Below are positions 51,741 to 64,000 of a DNA stretch of 64,000 nt, one piece after another. The DNA comes from Tubulanus polymorphus (lineage: Eukaryota > Animalia > Nemertea). The position numbers were made by a program, and so were the translations under genes. The stretch is taken from NCBI RefSeq assembly GCF_964204645.1, contig NC_134030.1, positions 19,614,210-19,678,209 of the forward strand, written 5' to 3'. Each line of letters starts with the position of its first letter. The first letter of the stretch is position 1. The notes below the pieces were generated by a model. It ran no database searches, was not told where the DNA came from, and worked only from the letters and a program-made list of their open reading frames with translations.

Positions 51741-52861
51741 TCACGAGGCGTGATTTCTTCCGATCGAAAACATCGTTTTCAGTTGATTTCGAAAGCGACG
51801 CCTCGCCGCGCAATAGATGACGAAATTACAAGATGCTACGATGATTCTCACGATATTCTGAAATTGGTTCATAACCGATGCTAAAGTAGAGCCTTTTACA
51901 ATTTGTCCCTTTCGATTTAATATCAGATTATTAATTGCTCCTCTAAACATAAACGCTTTCTTCAGTAAAAAGAAACATGAAATAAGAACTAACGTTAGTG
52001 TTAAACTACGGTCACTGCTGCTGCTGTTAGAAGTTTGATTATTCGTGGACATGGTTTTTCTCGCTGCTCCTGCGCGTCTCAACGTGACAATCAATCGCAT
52101 AGTTATAAGAATCACTATAACTGTCGGTATAATTGTAAATAAAGGAGCGTGGACAAACACATCGTAGTATCTCAAATACTTGTTTTTTCTTCCGAAGTGA
52201 GTAAATCTTTGCGTCCATCTCTCGTGTCCAGTGCACGGGTTTATTGAATATGTGGTATGATACAAAAAATAGTTCCTAGAATGATTACAGATAGAAACAA
52301 ATGAAATAAACGTGATGTAAAGAGAACTTTTCTTTCTATTGATAATAGTAACGGCTTTCAGTGGCCAACAAACAACGATACATCTGTCTATAGCTATTAA
52401 CAATGTTATCAGATCACTGATACCTGAAAATAAAAGACGAATATTTTGAGTGTATGAAAACATGCGCTTCATGGCGTGGTTTATTTCAGCGGTCATGTCC
52501 AGTAACAGCGTGTGACTGTAGAGTCGATACTGAAAGTCAAATACAATAATAGACACACAAATAAACATGTCCGCAACAGCCAAACATCTCAAGTAAAATA
52601 TACTGGTGTTATTTGAACTTTCTCTGTTGAGAATGATAAAGGACAGTAAATTTGCGCGCAGAAACCGAATATGGCAATGCTGAAAATAACATAAGTGGTG
52701 ACCTGTAATAACAGATTAATATGAAACGGTTTGTAATCGGCGTGATGGATGTATTTACATCGCGAATGAGGTTTAAACCCTTTCTTCTCAGTGATTGTCG
52801 TCGGGTCCGATCCGTTGAGGTCGGGAAACTGAGCACCAAGAGACAAATTTTCAGGATACAT
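51741..52861 (-). pseudogene. Peptide/FMRFamide-receptor-like GPCR, array copy 1, frameshifted
   Basis: A +2-nt change in TM1 at ~52657 (GCGCGCAGAAA vs GCGCCGAAA) splits it into two ORFs. This could be a sequencing error. Confidence 0.8.
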
Positions 52862-54805
52862 CAATTCAGTCAGCGCACAGTGACTGACCGCTTTCAACTT
52901 ACAGATCTAATAAACTAGCGATCAGTTACAATTCAGTTATAAGTTCCATCAAACCGCGAAGAGTAAAATGCGCACTGGCACTGAGATATATTGTATAGTT
53001 CTTGAGTTAACGCCCAATTTCGAAACCTTCTCTCTATTTCAAATCCATGATGTTGGTGCAGCGTGATTCCACCCTACAATCAGGCCTACATTCAGAGACT
53101 TTGAAACATATTCTGGGGGATCGATATTGAAAATGCATACGTGCGCAGAATATTGAGCCACTGTCGAGATGAGGTAATGCTCCTGACAATACACCGTGTC
53201 ATAATTTTGCACATCAAGCGCAAGCATTAAACCTAAGTGAAAAGTCGAAGTTAGCGGCCATTACACGTCCAGTATGGCGCGTGTAAACATTTCATGTGAC
53301 GTGCACTACGTCTAGTTAAAAATACTATTTAGTTTAGCACGAGTTTAAAAGGGAAGGACATTCTTCTAATTTTCAATATTTTCAGTCCCCGGCTCAGAAG
53401 CCTATTTTGAATCTGACCCCTGAAATATATAGTCGGTAATTGGATACCGTCTGTTGTGTTATGATGGCAGCACGTCACTGTCGAGATCGAAACCATTTCG
53501 GGGGAAAGGCACAAACCATTTCGGGGGAAATGCACATTCATTCGCTCCTGACCCCTGTGGTTCTCGCGGTTACCGCTTCTGCTTCTGAAATCCCAATCGA
53601 ACATATCACACTCACCCTCTCAATCCCAGATCGAATAAAAAGAATCTGATGAAATACCTTGTTGTTTTGACAACTTTTTTATTTTTTCGAGCTTATGATT
53701 AACATCAAAAAACGTCGAATTATGTGAGATGTTTAGTTAGGGACAACATCTTCCCATAATTCTTGGGCAACATCCACTGCTGGGTCCACCGATCAGCCAG
53801 TAGGTACCGTGTTTACCACGACAGAAACATGGAAGTCCTCTCTCTTCGATTTCAACTTCTAAAAAATCGATGCAAAATCGGCAAAACTGTGAATAATTTG
53901 CGATAATATACTAAGAAAATGTTGCGGTGAAAATGAATGATTACCTTCGGCAGCGATGGCTCCGATGACCATAAACAAGGCCAAGGCGATGAACAAAGTC
54001 TTGTACATTCTTGAAGAAAATGATTAATTGCATTTATCAATTAATTCACGATTCGTTGATAAGAGGGTTATGTGTCCGGGCATCCCTTTCCCATCAGCAG
54101 TATCTAGACACCCAAGCGCCCAGTTCCACCACGATTTAAATCTGCTTTAATGTTTAATAATTGGAAATAACTTTCTCGAAAGTCAAACAGTAAGAAAACA
54201 TTTAGATGATGCAGGATCGTTTGGAACCTCGTTTTCGAGGATTTTGGGTCAATACGAAGGCGGTTATTGATAAAAAAATGAAGGTGTAATTCATGTGTAA
54301 GACTTTCAGGCAATACTCTATTAGTATAAACTACATATCTTTTATTGTCATTCAAAATTTAATGACGTAGGTTTTAGGCTGAATGACTTTAAACTAAAGT
54401 CAGATGTTACCTGGAGCTTTCGTCGGATAAATTCAATGAAGCAACCTGGTGATTCGTATGGAACGCGATTCATGCAAAATCTACCCGTAGGATAACTTTC
54501 GCACAGCAGTATTATTCGCGACCCCTCATTTTCTTGTCGGATAGTAACGACTCCAACGACTCGCGAGTCGGGGAACGACTTAAGCTGAGTAGGTTCGATC
54601 CCTTGACGTCATGAAATTTGTCCAATTACAGAATGAACATCTATTTGATATTTTCATTTGTTATTTTGAAACGCCAATATTGATGACGTAGTGCACATCG
54701 ACTCGCACAACACCCATTCAATTACACACAGTATTTATTCCTCTCAATGAAGACGACAGCGAAAAATTACCTTAGGTTGTTTATTGAAGTGTTAGTCGCT
54801 TAGTT

Positions 54806-55927
54806 TCACGAGGCGTGATTTCTTCCGATCGAAAACATCGTTTTCAGTTGATTTCGAAATCGACGCCTCGCCGCGCAATAGATGACGAAATTACAAGAGG
54901 CTACAATGATTCTCACGATATTCAGAAATTGGTTCATAATCGCTGCTGAAGTAGAGCCTTTTACAATTTGTCCCTTTCGACTTAATATCAGATTACTAAT
55001 TGCTCCTCTAAACATAAACGCTTTCTTCAGTAAAAAGAAACATGCAATAAGAACTAACGTTAGTGTTAAACTACGGTCACTGCTGCTGCTGCTGTTAGAA
55101 GTTTGATTATTCGTGGACATGGTTTTTCTCGCTGCTCCTGCGCGTCTCAACGTGAAAATCAATCGGATAGTTATAAGAATCACTATAACTGTCGGTATAA
55201 TTGTAAATAAAGGAGCGTGGACAAACACGTCGTAGTATCTCAAATACTTGTTTTTTCTTCCGAAGTGAGTAAATCTTTGCGTCCATCTTTCGTGTCCAGT
55301 GCACGGGTTTATTGAATAAGTGGTATGATACAAAAAATGCTTCTTAGACTGATCACAGACACAAACGAATGAAATAAAAGCGATGTAAAGACAACTTTTC
55401 TTTCTATTGATAATAGTAACGGCTTTCATAGGCCAACAAACAACGATAAATCTGTCTATTGCTATTAACAATGTAATCAGATCACTGATACCTGAAAATA
55501 AAAGACGAATATTTTGAGTGTATGAAAACATGCGCTTCATAGCGTGGTTTATTTCAGCGGTCATGTCCAGTAACAGCGTGTGACTGTAGAGCCGATACTG
55601 GAAGTCAATAACAATAAAAGCCACACAAATAAACATGTCCGCAACAGCCAAACATCTCAAGTAAAATATACTGGTGTTATTTGATCTGTCTCTGTTGAGA
55701 ATGATAAAGGACATTAAATTTGCGCCGAAACCGAATATGGCAATGCTGAAAATAACATAAGTCGTGACCTGAAATAACAGATTAATATGAAACGGTTTGT
55801 AATCGGCGTGATGGATGTATTTACATCGCGGATGAGGTTTAAACCCCTTCTTCTCAGTGATTGTCGTCGGGTCCGATCCGTTGAGGTCGGGAAACTGAGC
55901 ACCAAGAGACAAATTTTCAGGATACAT
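54806..55927 (-). CDS. Peptide/FMRFamide-receptor-like orphan GPCR, array copy 2, intact (373 aa from the ATG of MYPEN)
   Basis: N-terminal NLS/NGS sequons, GFGAN, LAVAD, IAIDRF.VVCWP, NFVIY and helix-8 RFR. Confidence 0.9.
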   Translation of the reverse strand: MYPENLSLGAQFPDLNGSDPTTITEKKGFKPHPRCKYIHHADYKPFHINLLFQVTTYVIFSIAIFGFGANLMSFIILNRDRSNNTSIFYLRCLAVADMFICVAFIVIDFQYRLYSHTLLLDMTAEINHAMKRMFSYTQNIRLLFSGISDLITLLIAIDRFIVVCWPMKAVTIINRKKSCLYIAFISFVCVCDQSKKHFLYHTTYSINPCTGHERWTQRFTHFGRKNKYLRYYDVFVHAPLFTIIPTVIVILITIRLIFTLRRAGAARKTMSTNNQTSNSSSSSDRSLTLTLVLIACFFLLKKAFMFRGAISNLILSRKGQIVKGSTSAAIMNQFLNIVRIIVASCNFVIYCAARRRFRNQLKTMFSIGRNHAS

Positions 55928-58900
55928 CAATTCAGTCAGCGCACAGTGACTGACCGCTTTCAACTTACAGATCTAATAAACTAGCGATCAGTTACAATTC
56001 AGTTATAAGTTCCATCAAACTGCGAAGAGTAAAATGCGCACTGGCACTGAGATATATTGTATAGTTCTTGAGTTAACGCCCAACTTCGGAACCTTCTTTC
56101 TATTTCAAATCCATAATTTTGGTGCAGCGGGATTCCACCCTACAATCAGGCCTACATTCAGAGACTTTGAAACATATTCTGGGGGATCGATATTGAAAAT
56201 GCATACGTGTGCAGAATATAGAGCCACTGTCGAGATGAGGTAACGCTCCTGACAATACACCGTGTCATAATTTTGCACATCAAGCGCAAGCAGTAAACCT
56301 AAGCTAAGTGAAAAGTCGAAGTTAGCGGCCATTACACGTCCAGTATGACGCGTGTAAACATTTCATGTGACGTGCACAGTTAAAAATACTACTTAGTTTA
56401 GCACGAGTTTAAAAGGGAAGGACATTCTTCTAATTTTCAATATTTTCAGTCCCCGGCTCAGAAGCCTATTTTGAATCTGACCCCTGAAATATATAGTCGG
56501 CTTATTGGATACCGTCTGTTGTGTTATGATGGCAGCACGTCACTGACGAGATCGAAACCATTTCGGGGGAAAGGCACAAACCATTTCGGGGGAAAGGCAC
56601 ATTCATTTGCTCCTGACCCCTGTGGTTCTGGCAGTTAACGCTACTGCTTCTGAAATCCCAATCGAACATATCACACTCACCCTCTCAATCCCAGATCGAA
56701 TGAAAAGAATCTGATGAAGTTGTTTTGACAACTTATTTATTTTTTCGAGCTTTTGATTAACATCATAAAAAACGTCGAATTATGTGAGATGTTTAGTTAG
56801 GGACAACATCTTCCCATAATTCTTGGGCAACATCCACTGCTGGGTCCACCGATCAGCCAGTAGGTACCGTGTTTACCACGACAGAAACATGGAAGTCCTC
56901 TCTCTTCGATTTCAACTTCTAAAAGATTGATGCAAAATCGGCAAAACTGTGAATAATTTGCGATAGAATAATAAGAAAATGTTGCGATGAACTGAATGAT
57001 TACCTTCGGCAGCGATGGCTCCGATGACCATAAACAAGGCCAAGGCGATGAACAAAGTCTTGTACATTCTGGAAGAAAATGATTAATTGCATTTATCAAT
57101 CATTAAATTGAAAACGATTCGTTGATGAGAGGGTTATGTTTCCGGGCATCCCTTCCCCATCAGCAGTATCTAGACACCCAAGCGCCCAGTTCCACCACGA
57201 TTTAAATCTGACTTAATGTTGACTAATTGGAAATAAATTTTTCTCGAAAGTCAAACGTAGGAAACCGCTCAAACGATGCAGGATCTTCTGGAACCAAGTT
57301 TTCTAGGATTTTTTGTCAATACGAAGGCGGTTATTGATGTAATGGAGGCGTGATTCACGTGTAAGATTATGAGGCAATACTCTTATATCAAAATCAACTA
57401 CATTTCCTTTACTTTCATTCCAAATTCAATGACGTAGGTTTTAGGCCGAAGGACTTCAAACCAAAGTTAGACGTTACAAAAACTCTAATATTAGAATCCA
57501 TTATATTCCCTTTATATCGTTCAAAATTAAATGACGTAAGTTTTAGGCCGATAGACAATAATAAGTTAGACGTTAGTTGTCGAATAAACACTATAATCCG
57601 TGTATACTGTAGATAAATGAGGAAATCCCACACTTCGAAGAGTGGGATTTCTTCGTTTATTTAAGTTAGACGTCACTTGTGTAACGAGTTTTTGTCGGAT
57701 AGATCCAGCGAAGCATACCAGTTGATTTGTATGGAACGCGATTCGTGCAAAAAACATCACCTTTGTTCCGACGTAGGTCTTTACACGGTGGTATTCGTGA
57801 CCCCCCTCCTGACACCTCGTAGATTCCAAAGGCACTTACCTGAGATTTTACTAAAACTCCCCAAAACTGTAAAAATCATCGCTTACCTGAGTTTTGGGTG
57901 CGTTGTCGGAAGATTCACAACAATTAACAAATCACAGAAAGCGACCCATTTTATAGGTTGATGACAGCATTGTTTTTAATTACCGTAAGCGGATTGTAAA
58001 ATAATCCGCGCGCATGCTTCACACGGAATTAGTGACTTTTTAAAGCAGTTTTTGCATTTTGGTTTTTTTGTGTCAAGCGAATATTCTATACCTGATTTTT
58101 CAAATTTTTAAATTATTTCTCGTTCGTTTGTGTAGCAATGATTAAAGAAAAGGGCAGTTGTTCTATTCAGGCAGGTACACGTACGTAACTCGCATTCAAT
58201 TTTTTTTCCTCAATCATGATCCATTATGAACCCTTGGTGTCCTTCCCAAAACGCAGTTTTAATCACTTGAACCTTTGCCTAAGTGTATTTGAGCCCAATC
58301 TGGAAGAAACCGACCTAACCGACAAAATGCTCATCACTTTTCACTCATGTGGCATTCGTACGTACGTTGCAGCCATTGATTTCAGTCTTTTGGCCTTAAT
58401 AAATGTGTATTCTCCCTCGCATACAACGCCACTTAGGCGCTTTGCGAGATTTATCTAAAATTTGTATTCACTTATGTTTTTTTTCCTCAATAAAGATGGA
58501 TGGTTAGTATAGAGAAATACCTGATTTGTGTAGGTGCGGTGACGACCAGACAGGTGGAAATACGAAAATTACTTGATAGTTTATTAATGCCTTGAAACTA
58601 GCATCCATTTCTTAATGTCTAACACAATGCAGGCGTGACGAATGCGGACCAAGAAATTTATTTTAAAGTTGAATATATCGACACTTGAATGAATTGACAG
58701 GCAACCAGTCTAGCCCGAATATTGGCGTAATGCAACACCAGTCCATCCTCGCTTACCAGGGGTCCGGTATCCACCAGTCCCATGGTCTCACGACGCGCGA
58801 TTTCATTACCGGCGCTGTTGCACATGACGTCATATATCGATATGCAAAATACTTCCTTGTCCGCTGATTGGTCAATTTAACTGGAATTCCAACAGAAGGC

Positions 58901-59217
58901 TTAATGTCATTTGTTACAAGCGCTGTGATTGGTACGAACGTTTTCTGGTCGGCTAGTAACGACTCCAACGACTCGCGAGTCGGGGAACGACTTAAGCTGA
59001 GTAGGTTCGATCCCTTGACGTCATGAAATTTGTCAAATTACAGAATGAACATCAATTTGATATTTTCATTTGTTATTTTGAAACGCCAATATTGATGACG
59101 TAGTGCACATCGACACGCACAACACCCATTCAATTACACACAGTATTTATTCCTCTCAATGAGGACGACAGTGAATAATTACCTTAGGTTGTTTATTGAA
59201 GTGTTAGTCGCTTAGTT

Positions 59218-60255
59218 TCACGAGGCGTGATTTCTTCCGATCGAAAACATCGTTTTCAGTTGATTTCGAAAGCGACGCCTCGCCGCGCAATAGATGACAA
59301 AATTACAAGATGCTACGATCATTCTCACGATATTCAGAAATTGGTTCATAATCGTTGCTAAAGTAGAGCCTTTTACAATTTGTCCCTTTCGACTTAATAT
59401 CAGATTATTAATTGCTGCTCTAAACGTAAACGCTTTCTTCAGTAAAAAGAAACATGAAATAAGAACTAACGTTAGTGTTAAACTACGGTCACTGCTGCTG
59501 CTGTTAGAAGTTTGATTATTCATGGACATGGTTTTTCTCGCTGCTCCTGCGCGTCTCAACGTGAAAATCAATCGGATAGTTATAAGAATCACTATAACTG
59601 TCGGTATAATTGTAAATAAAGGAGCACGGACAAACACACCGTAGTATCTCAAATACTTGTTTTTTCTTCCGAAGTGAGTAAATCTTTGCGTCCATCTCTC
59701 GTGTCCAGTGCACGGGTTTATTGAATAAGTGGTATGATACCAAAAATAGTTCGTAGACTGATCACAGACAGAAACGAATGAAATAAAAGTGATGTAAAGA
59801 CAACTTTTCTTTCTATTGATAATAGTAACGGCTTTCAGAGGCCAACAAACTACGATAAATCTGTCTATAGCTATTAACAATGTTATCAGATCACTGATAC
59901 TTGACAAAAATATACAAATGTTTCTTGTGTATGAGTACATGCGCTTCATAGCGTGGTTTATTTCAGCGGTCATGTCCAGTAACAGCGTGTGACTGTAGAG
60001 CCGATACTGAAAGTCAACAACAATAATAGACACACAAATAAACATGTCCACAACAGCCAAACATTTCAAATAGAATATACTGGTGTAAGTTGTGACCTGA
60101 AATAACAGATTAATATGAAACGGTTTGTAATCGGCGTGATGGATGTATTTACATCGCGAATGAGGTTTAAACCCTTTCTTCTCAGTGATTGTCGTCGGGT
60201 CCGATCCGTTGAGGTCGGGAAACTGAGCACCAAGAGACAAATTTTCAGGATACAT
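59218..60255 (-). CDS. Array copy 3 with an in-frame 81-bp deletion of TM1/ICL1 (345 aa; 6-TM variant or pseudogene)
   Basis: QVTTY is joined directly to TSIFY; VIFSIAIFGFGANLMSFIILNRDRSNN is missing. Confidence 0.75.
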   Translation of the reverse strand: MYPENLSLGAQFPDLNGSDPTTITEKKGFKPHSRCKYIHHADYKPFHINLLFQVTTYTSIFYLKCLAVVDMFICVSIIVVDFQYRLYSHTLLLDMTAEINHAMKRMYSYTRNICIFLSSISDLITLLIAIDRFIVVCWPLKAVTIINRKKSCLYITFISFVSVCDQSTNYFWYHTTYSINPCTGHERWTQRFTHFGRKNKYLRYYGVFVRAPLFTIIPTVIVILITIRLIFTLRRAGAARKTMSMNNQTSNSSSSDRSLTLTLVLISCFFLLKKAFTFRAAINNLILSRKGQIVKGSTLATIMNQFLNIVRMIVASCNFVIYCAARRRFRNQLKTMFSIGRNHAS

Positions 60256-63200
60256 CAATTCAGTCAGCGCACAGTGACCGCTTTCAACTTACAGATCTAA
60301 TAAACTTGCGACCAGTTACAATTCAGTTATAAGTTCCATCAAACTGCGAAGAGTAAAATGCGCACTGGTACTGAGATATATTGTATAGTTCTTGAGTTAA
60401 CGCCCAATTTCGAAACCTTCTTTCTATTTCTAATCCATAATTTTGGTGCAGCGGGATTCCACCCTACAATCAGGCCTACATTCAGAGACTTTGAAACATA
60501 TTCTGGGGGATCGATATTGAAAATGCATACGTGTGCAGAATATAGAGCCACTGTGGAGATGAGGTAATGCTCCTGACAATACACCGTGTCATAATTTTGC
60601 ACATCAAGCGCAAGCAGTAAACCTAAGTGAAAAGTCGAAGTTAGCGGCCATTACACGTCCAGTATGACGCGTGTAAACAATTCATGTGACGTGCACTACG
60701 TCTAGTTAAAAATACTACTTAGTTTAGCACAAGTTTAAAAGGGAAGGACATTGTTCTAATTTTCAATATTTTCAGTCCCCGGCTCAGATGCCTATTTTGA
60801 ATCTGACCCCTGAAATATATCGTCGGCAATTGGATACCGTCTGTTGTGTTATGATGGCAGCACGTTGCTGTCGAGATCGAAACCATTTCGGGGAAAGGCA
60901 CAAACCATTTCGGGGGAAAGGCACATTCATTCGCTCCTGACCCCGGTGGTTCTCGCAGTTACCGCTTCTGCTTCTGACATCCCAATCGAACATATCACAC
61001 TCACCCTCTAAATCCCAGATCGAATAAAAAGAATCTGATGAAATACCTTGTTGTTTTGACAACTTTTTTATTTTTTCGAGCTTATGATTAACATCATAAA
61101 AAAATGTCGAATTATGTTTAGTTAGGACAACATCTTCCCATCAATCTTGAGCAACATCCACTGCTGGGTCCACCGATCAGCCAGTAGGTACCGTGTTTAC
61201 CGCGACAGAAACATGGAAGTCCTCTCTCTTCGATTTCAACTTCTAAAAAATCGATGCAAAATCGGCAAAACCGTGAATAATTTGCGATAGAATACTAAGA
61301 AAATGTTGCGGTGAAAAAGAATGATTACCTTCGGCAGCGATGGCTCCGGTGACCATAAACAAGGCCAAGGCGATGAACAAAGTCTTGTAAATTCTGGATC
61401 GGAAGAAAATGATTGATTGCATTTATCAATTAATTCACGATTCGTTGATGAGAGGGTTATGTGTCCGGGTATCCCTTCCCCATCAGCAGTATCTAGACAC
61501 CCAAGCGTGCAGTTCCACCACGATTTAAATCTGACTTAATGTTGACTAATTGGAAATAAATTTTTCTCGAAAGTCAAACGTAGGAAACCGCTCAAACGAT
61601 GCAGGATCTTCTGGAACCAAGTTTTCTAGGATTTTTTGTCAATACGAAGGCGGTTATTGATGTAATGGAGGCGTGATTCACGTGTAAGATTATGAGGCAA
61701 TACTCTTATATCAAAATCAGCTACATTTCCTTTACTTTCATTCCAAATTCAATGACGTAGGTTTTAGGCCGAAGGACTTCAAACCATAGTTAGACGTTAC
61801 AAAACTCTAATATTAGAATCCATTATATTCCCTTTATATCGTTCAAAATCAAATGACGTAAGTTGTAGGCCGAAAGACTATAATAAGTTAGACGTTAGTT
61901 GTCGAATAAACACTATAATCTGTGTATACTGTAGATAAATGAGGAAATCCCACACTTCGAAGAGTGGGATTTCTTCGTTAATTTAAGTTAGACGTTACTT
62001 GTGTAACGAGTTTTTGTCGGATAGATCCAGTGAAGCATACCAGTTGATTTGTATGGAACGCGATTCGTGCAAAAAAACATCACCTTTGTTCCGGCGTAGG
62101 TCTTTACACGGTGGTATTTGTGACCCCCCTCCTGACACCTCGTAGATTCCAAAGGCACTTACCTGAGATTTTACCAAAACTCCCTCAAAGTGTAAAAATC
62201 ATCGCTTACCTGAGATTTGGGTGCGTTGTCGGAAGATTCACAACAATTAACAACTCACAGAAAGCGACCCATTTTATAGTTTGATGACAGCATTGTTTTT
62301 AATTACCGTAAGCGGATTGTAAAATAATCCGCACGCATGCTTCACACGGAATTAGTGACTTTTTTAAGCTGTATTTTGCATTTTGGTTTTTTTGTGTCAA
62401 GTGAATATTCCATACCTGATTTATCAAATTTTTAAATTATTTCTCGTTCGTTTATGTAGCAAAGTTTAAAGAAAAGGGCAGTTATTAGATTCAGAAAGGT
62501 TTACGTACGTAACTCACATTCAATCTTTCTCAATCATGATCCATTATGAACCCTTGGTGTTCTTCACAAAACGCAGTTTTTCTCACTTGAACCTTTGCCT
62601 GAGCGTATTTGAGCCCAATCAGGAAGGAACCGACCTCACCGAAAAATGCTCACTTTTCACTCATGTGGCGGCATTCGTACGTACGTTGCAGCTATTGATT
62701 ACAGTCTTTTGGCCTCAATAAATGTGTATTCTCCCTCGCATACAACGTCACTAAAATTTGTATTAGCTTATGTTTTTCTTCCTCAATAAAGATGGATGGT
62801 TAGTAAAAAGAAATACATGATTTGTGTAGGTGCGGTGACGACCAGACAGGTGGAAATACGAAAATTACTTGATAGTTTATTAATGCCTTGAAACTAGCAT
62901 ACATTGTTTAATGTCTAACACAATGCAGGCGTGAAGAATACGGACCAAGAAATTTATTTCAAAGTTGAATATATCGACACTTGAATGAATGGACAGGCAA
63001 CCAGTCTAGCCCGAATATTGGCGTAATGCAACACCAGTCCATCCTCGCTTACCAGGGGTCCGGTATCCACCAGTCCCATGGTCTCACGACGCGCGATTTC
63101 ATTACTGGCGCTGTTGCGCATGACGTCATATATCGATATGCAAAATACTTCCTTGTCCGCTGATTGGTCAATTTAACGGGAATTCCAACAGAAGGCTTAT

Positions 63201-63512
63201 GTCATTTGTTACAAGCGCTGTGATTGGTACGACCGTTTTCTGGTCGGCTAGTAACGACTCCAACGACTCGCGAGTCGGGGAACGACTTAAGCTGAGTAGG
63301 TTCGATCCCTTGACGTCATGAAATTTGTCCAATTACAGAATGAACAATCATTTGATATTTTCATTTGTTATTTTGAAACGCCAATATTGATGACGTAGTG
63401 CACATCGACACGCACAACACCCATTCAATTACACACAGTATTTATTCCTCTCAATGAGGACGACAGTGAATAATTACCTTAGGTTGTTTATTAAAGTGTT
63501 AGTCGCTTAGTT

Positions 63513-64000
63513 TCACGAGGCGTAATTTCTTTCGATCGAAAACATCGTTTTCAGTTGATTTCGAAAGCGACGCCTCGCCGCGCAATAGATGACGAAATTA
63601 CAAGATGCTACGATCATTCTCACGATATTCTGAAATTGGTTCATAATCGTTGCTAAAGTAGAGCCTTTTACAATTTGTCCCTTTCGACTTAATATCAGAT
63701 TATTAATTGCTCCTCTAAACATAAACGCTTTCTTCAGTAAAAAGAAACATGAAATAAGAACTAACGTTAGTGTTAAACTACGGTCACTGCTGCTGCTGTT
63801 AGAAGTTTGATTATTCGTGGACATGGTTTTTCTCGCTGCTCCTGCGCGTCTCAACGTGACAATCAATCGGATAGTTATAAGAATCACTATAACTGTCGGT
63901 ATAATTGTAAATAAAGGAGCGCGGACAAACACTTCGTAGTATCTCAAATACTTGTTTTTTCTTCCGAAGTGAGTAAATTTTTGCGTCCATCTCTCGTGTC
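63513..64000 (-). CDS. Array copy 4, C-terminal half (truncated by the window)
   Basis: Frame is open from the edge (HERWTQKFTHFG...) to the stop at 63513. Confidence 0.82.
   Translation of the reverse strand, partial: HERWTQKFTHFGRKNKYLRYYEVFVRAPLFTIIPTVIVILITIRLIVTLRRAGAARKTMSTNNQTSNSSSSDRSLTLTLVLISCFFLLKKAFMFRGAINNLILSRKGQIVKGSTLATIMNQFQNIVRMIVASCNFVIYCAARRRFRNQLKTMFSIERNYAS

Larger units (their letters stand above)
51679..64000. repeat. Tandem array of GPCR-containing units (periods 3065, 4412 and 4295 bp); continues past the right edge
   Basis: Stop codons at 51741, 54806, 59218 and 63513, with homologous spacers. Confidence 0.95.

Noticed and set aside
55928-55963. N-terminal extension MKAVSHCALTEL of the array GPCRs
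   Set aside because: It starts at TTG, and copy 3 has a 4-bp deletion there. The first ATG (MYPEN) is the likely start.
1589-63163. The many 60-150 aa ORFs antisense to genes or inside repeats
   Set aside because: They have no recognisable motifs, often use non-ATG starts, and are expected by chance.

Overview
Eukaryotic, AT-rich invertebrate DNA with GT-AG introns. A lophotrochozoan-like source is inferred from the gene families, but I cannot name the species. The window is a fast-evolving receptor and secreted-protein cluster with five main components. (1) A ~1924-aa, 3-exon GRL101/LGR-type GPCR (29744-36571, - strand): signal peptide, several CUB/CUB-like domains, 2 C-type lectin domains, ~7 LDLa, LRRs and 7TM. 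The ORF track shows it as three separate ORFs, and a second copy runs off the left edge. (2) A segmental duplication at ~34.28 kb offset (1-~12920 = 34279-~47162) that carries the receptor 5' end and three intronless orphan class A GPCRs. (3) A head-to-head pair of spliced, secreted, shortened single-domain C-type lectin genes (EPS-WND vs EPN-WND) with conserved inverted promoters; the ORF track misses both. (4) A spliced orphan secreted protein with 11 KPDNATLG repeats and a Cys-rich domain, with a TATA/Inr promoter. (5) A tandem array of at least 4 peptide-receptor-like GPCRs: one frameshifted, one intact, one lacking TM1, and one cut by the window edge. Mobile DNA includes solo LTRs, TA-flanked MITEs, tRNA-derived SINEs, a 4.6-kb foldback-like element, and a Penelope-type palindromic insertion with a 14-bp TSD and a minimal hammerhead ribozyme. 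All alignments and gene models were made by eye; no searches were run.
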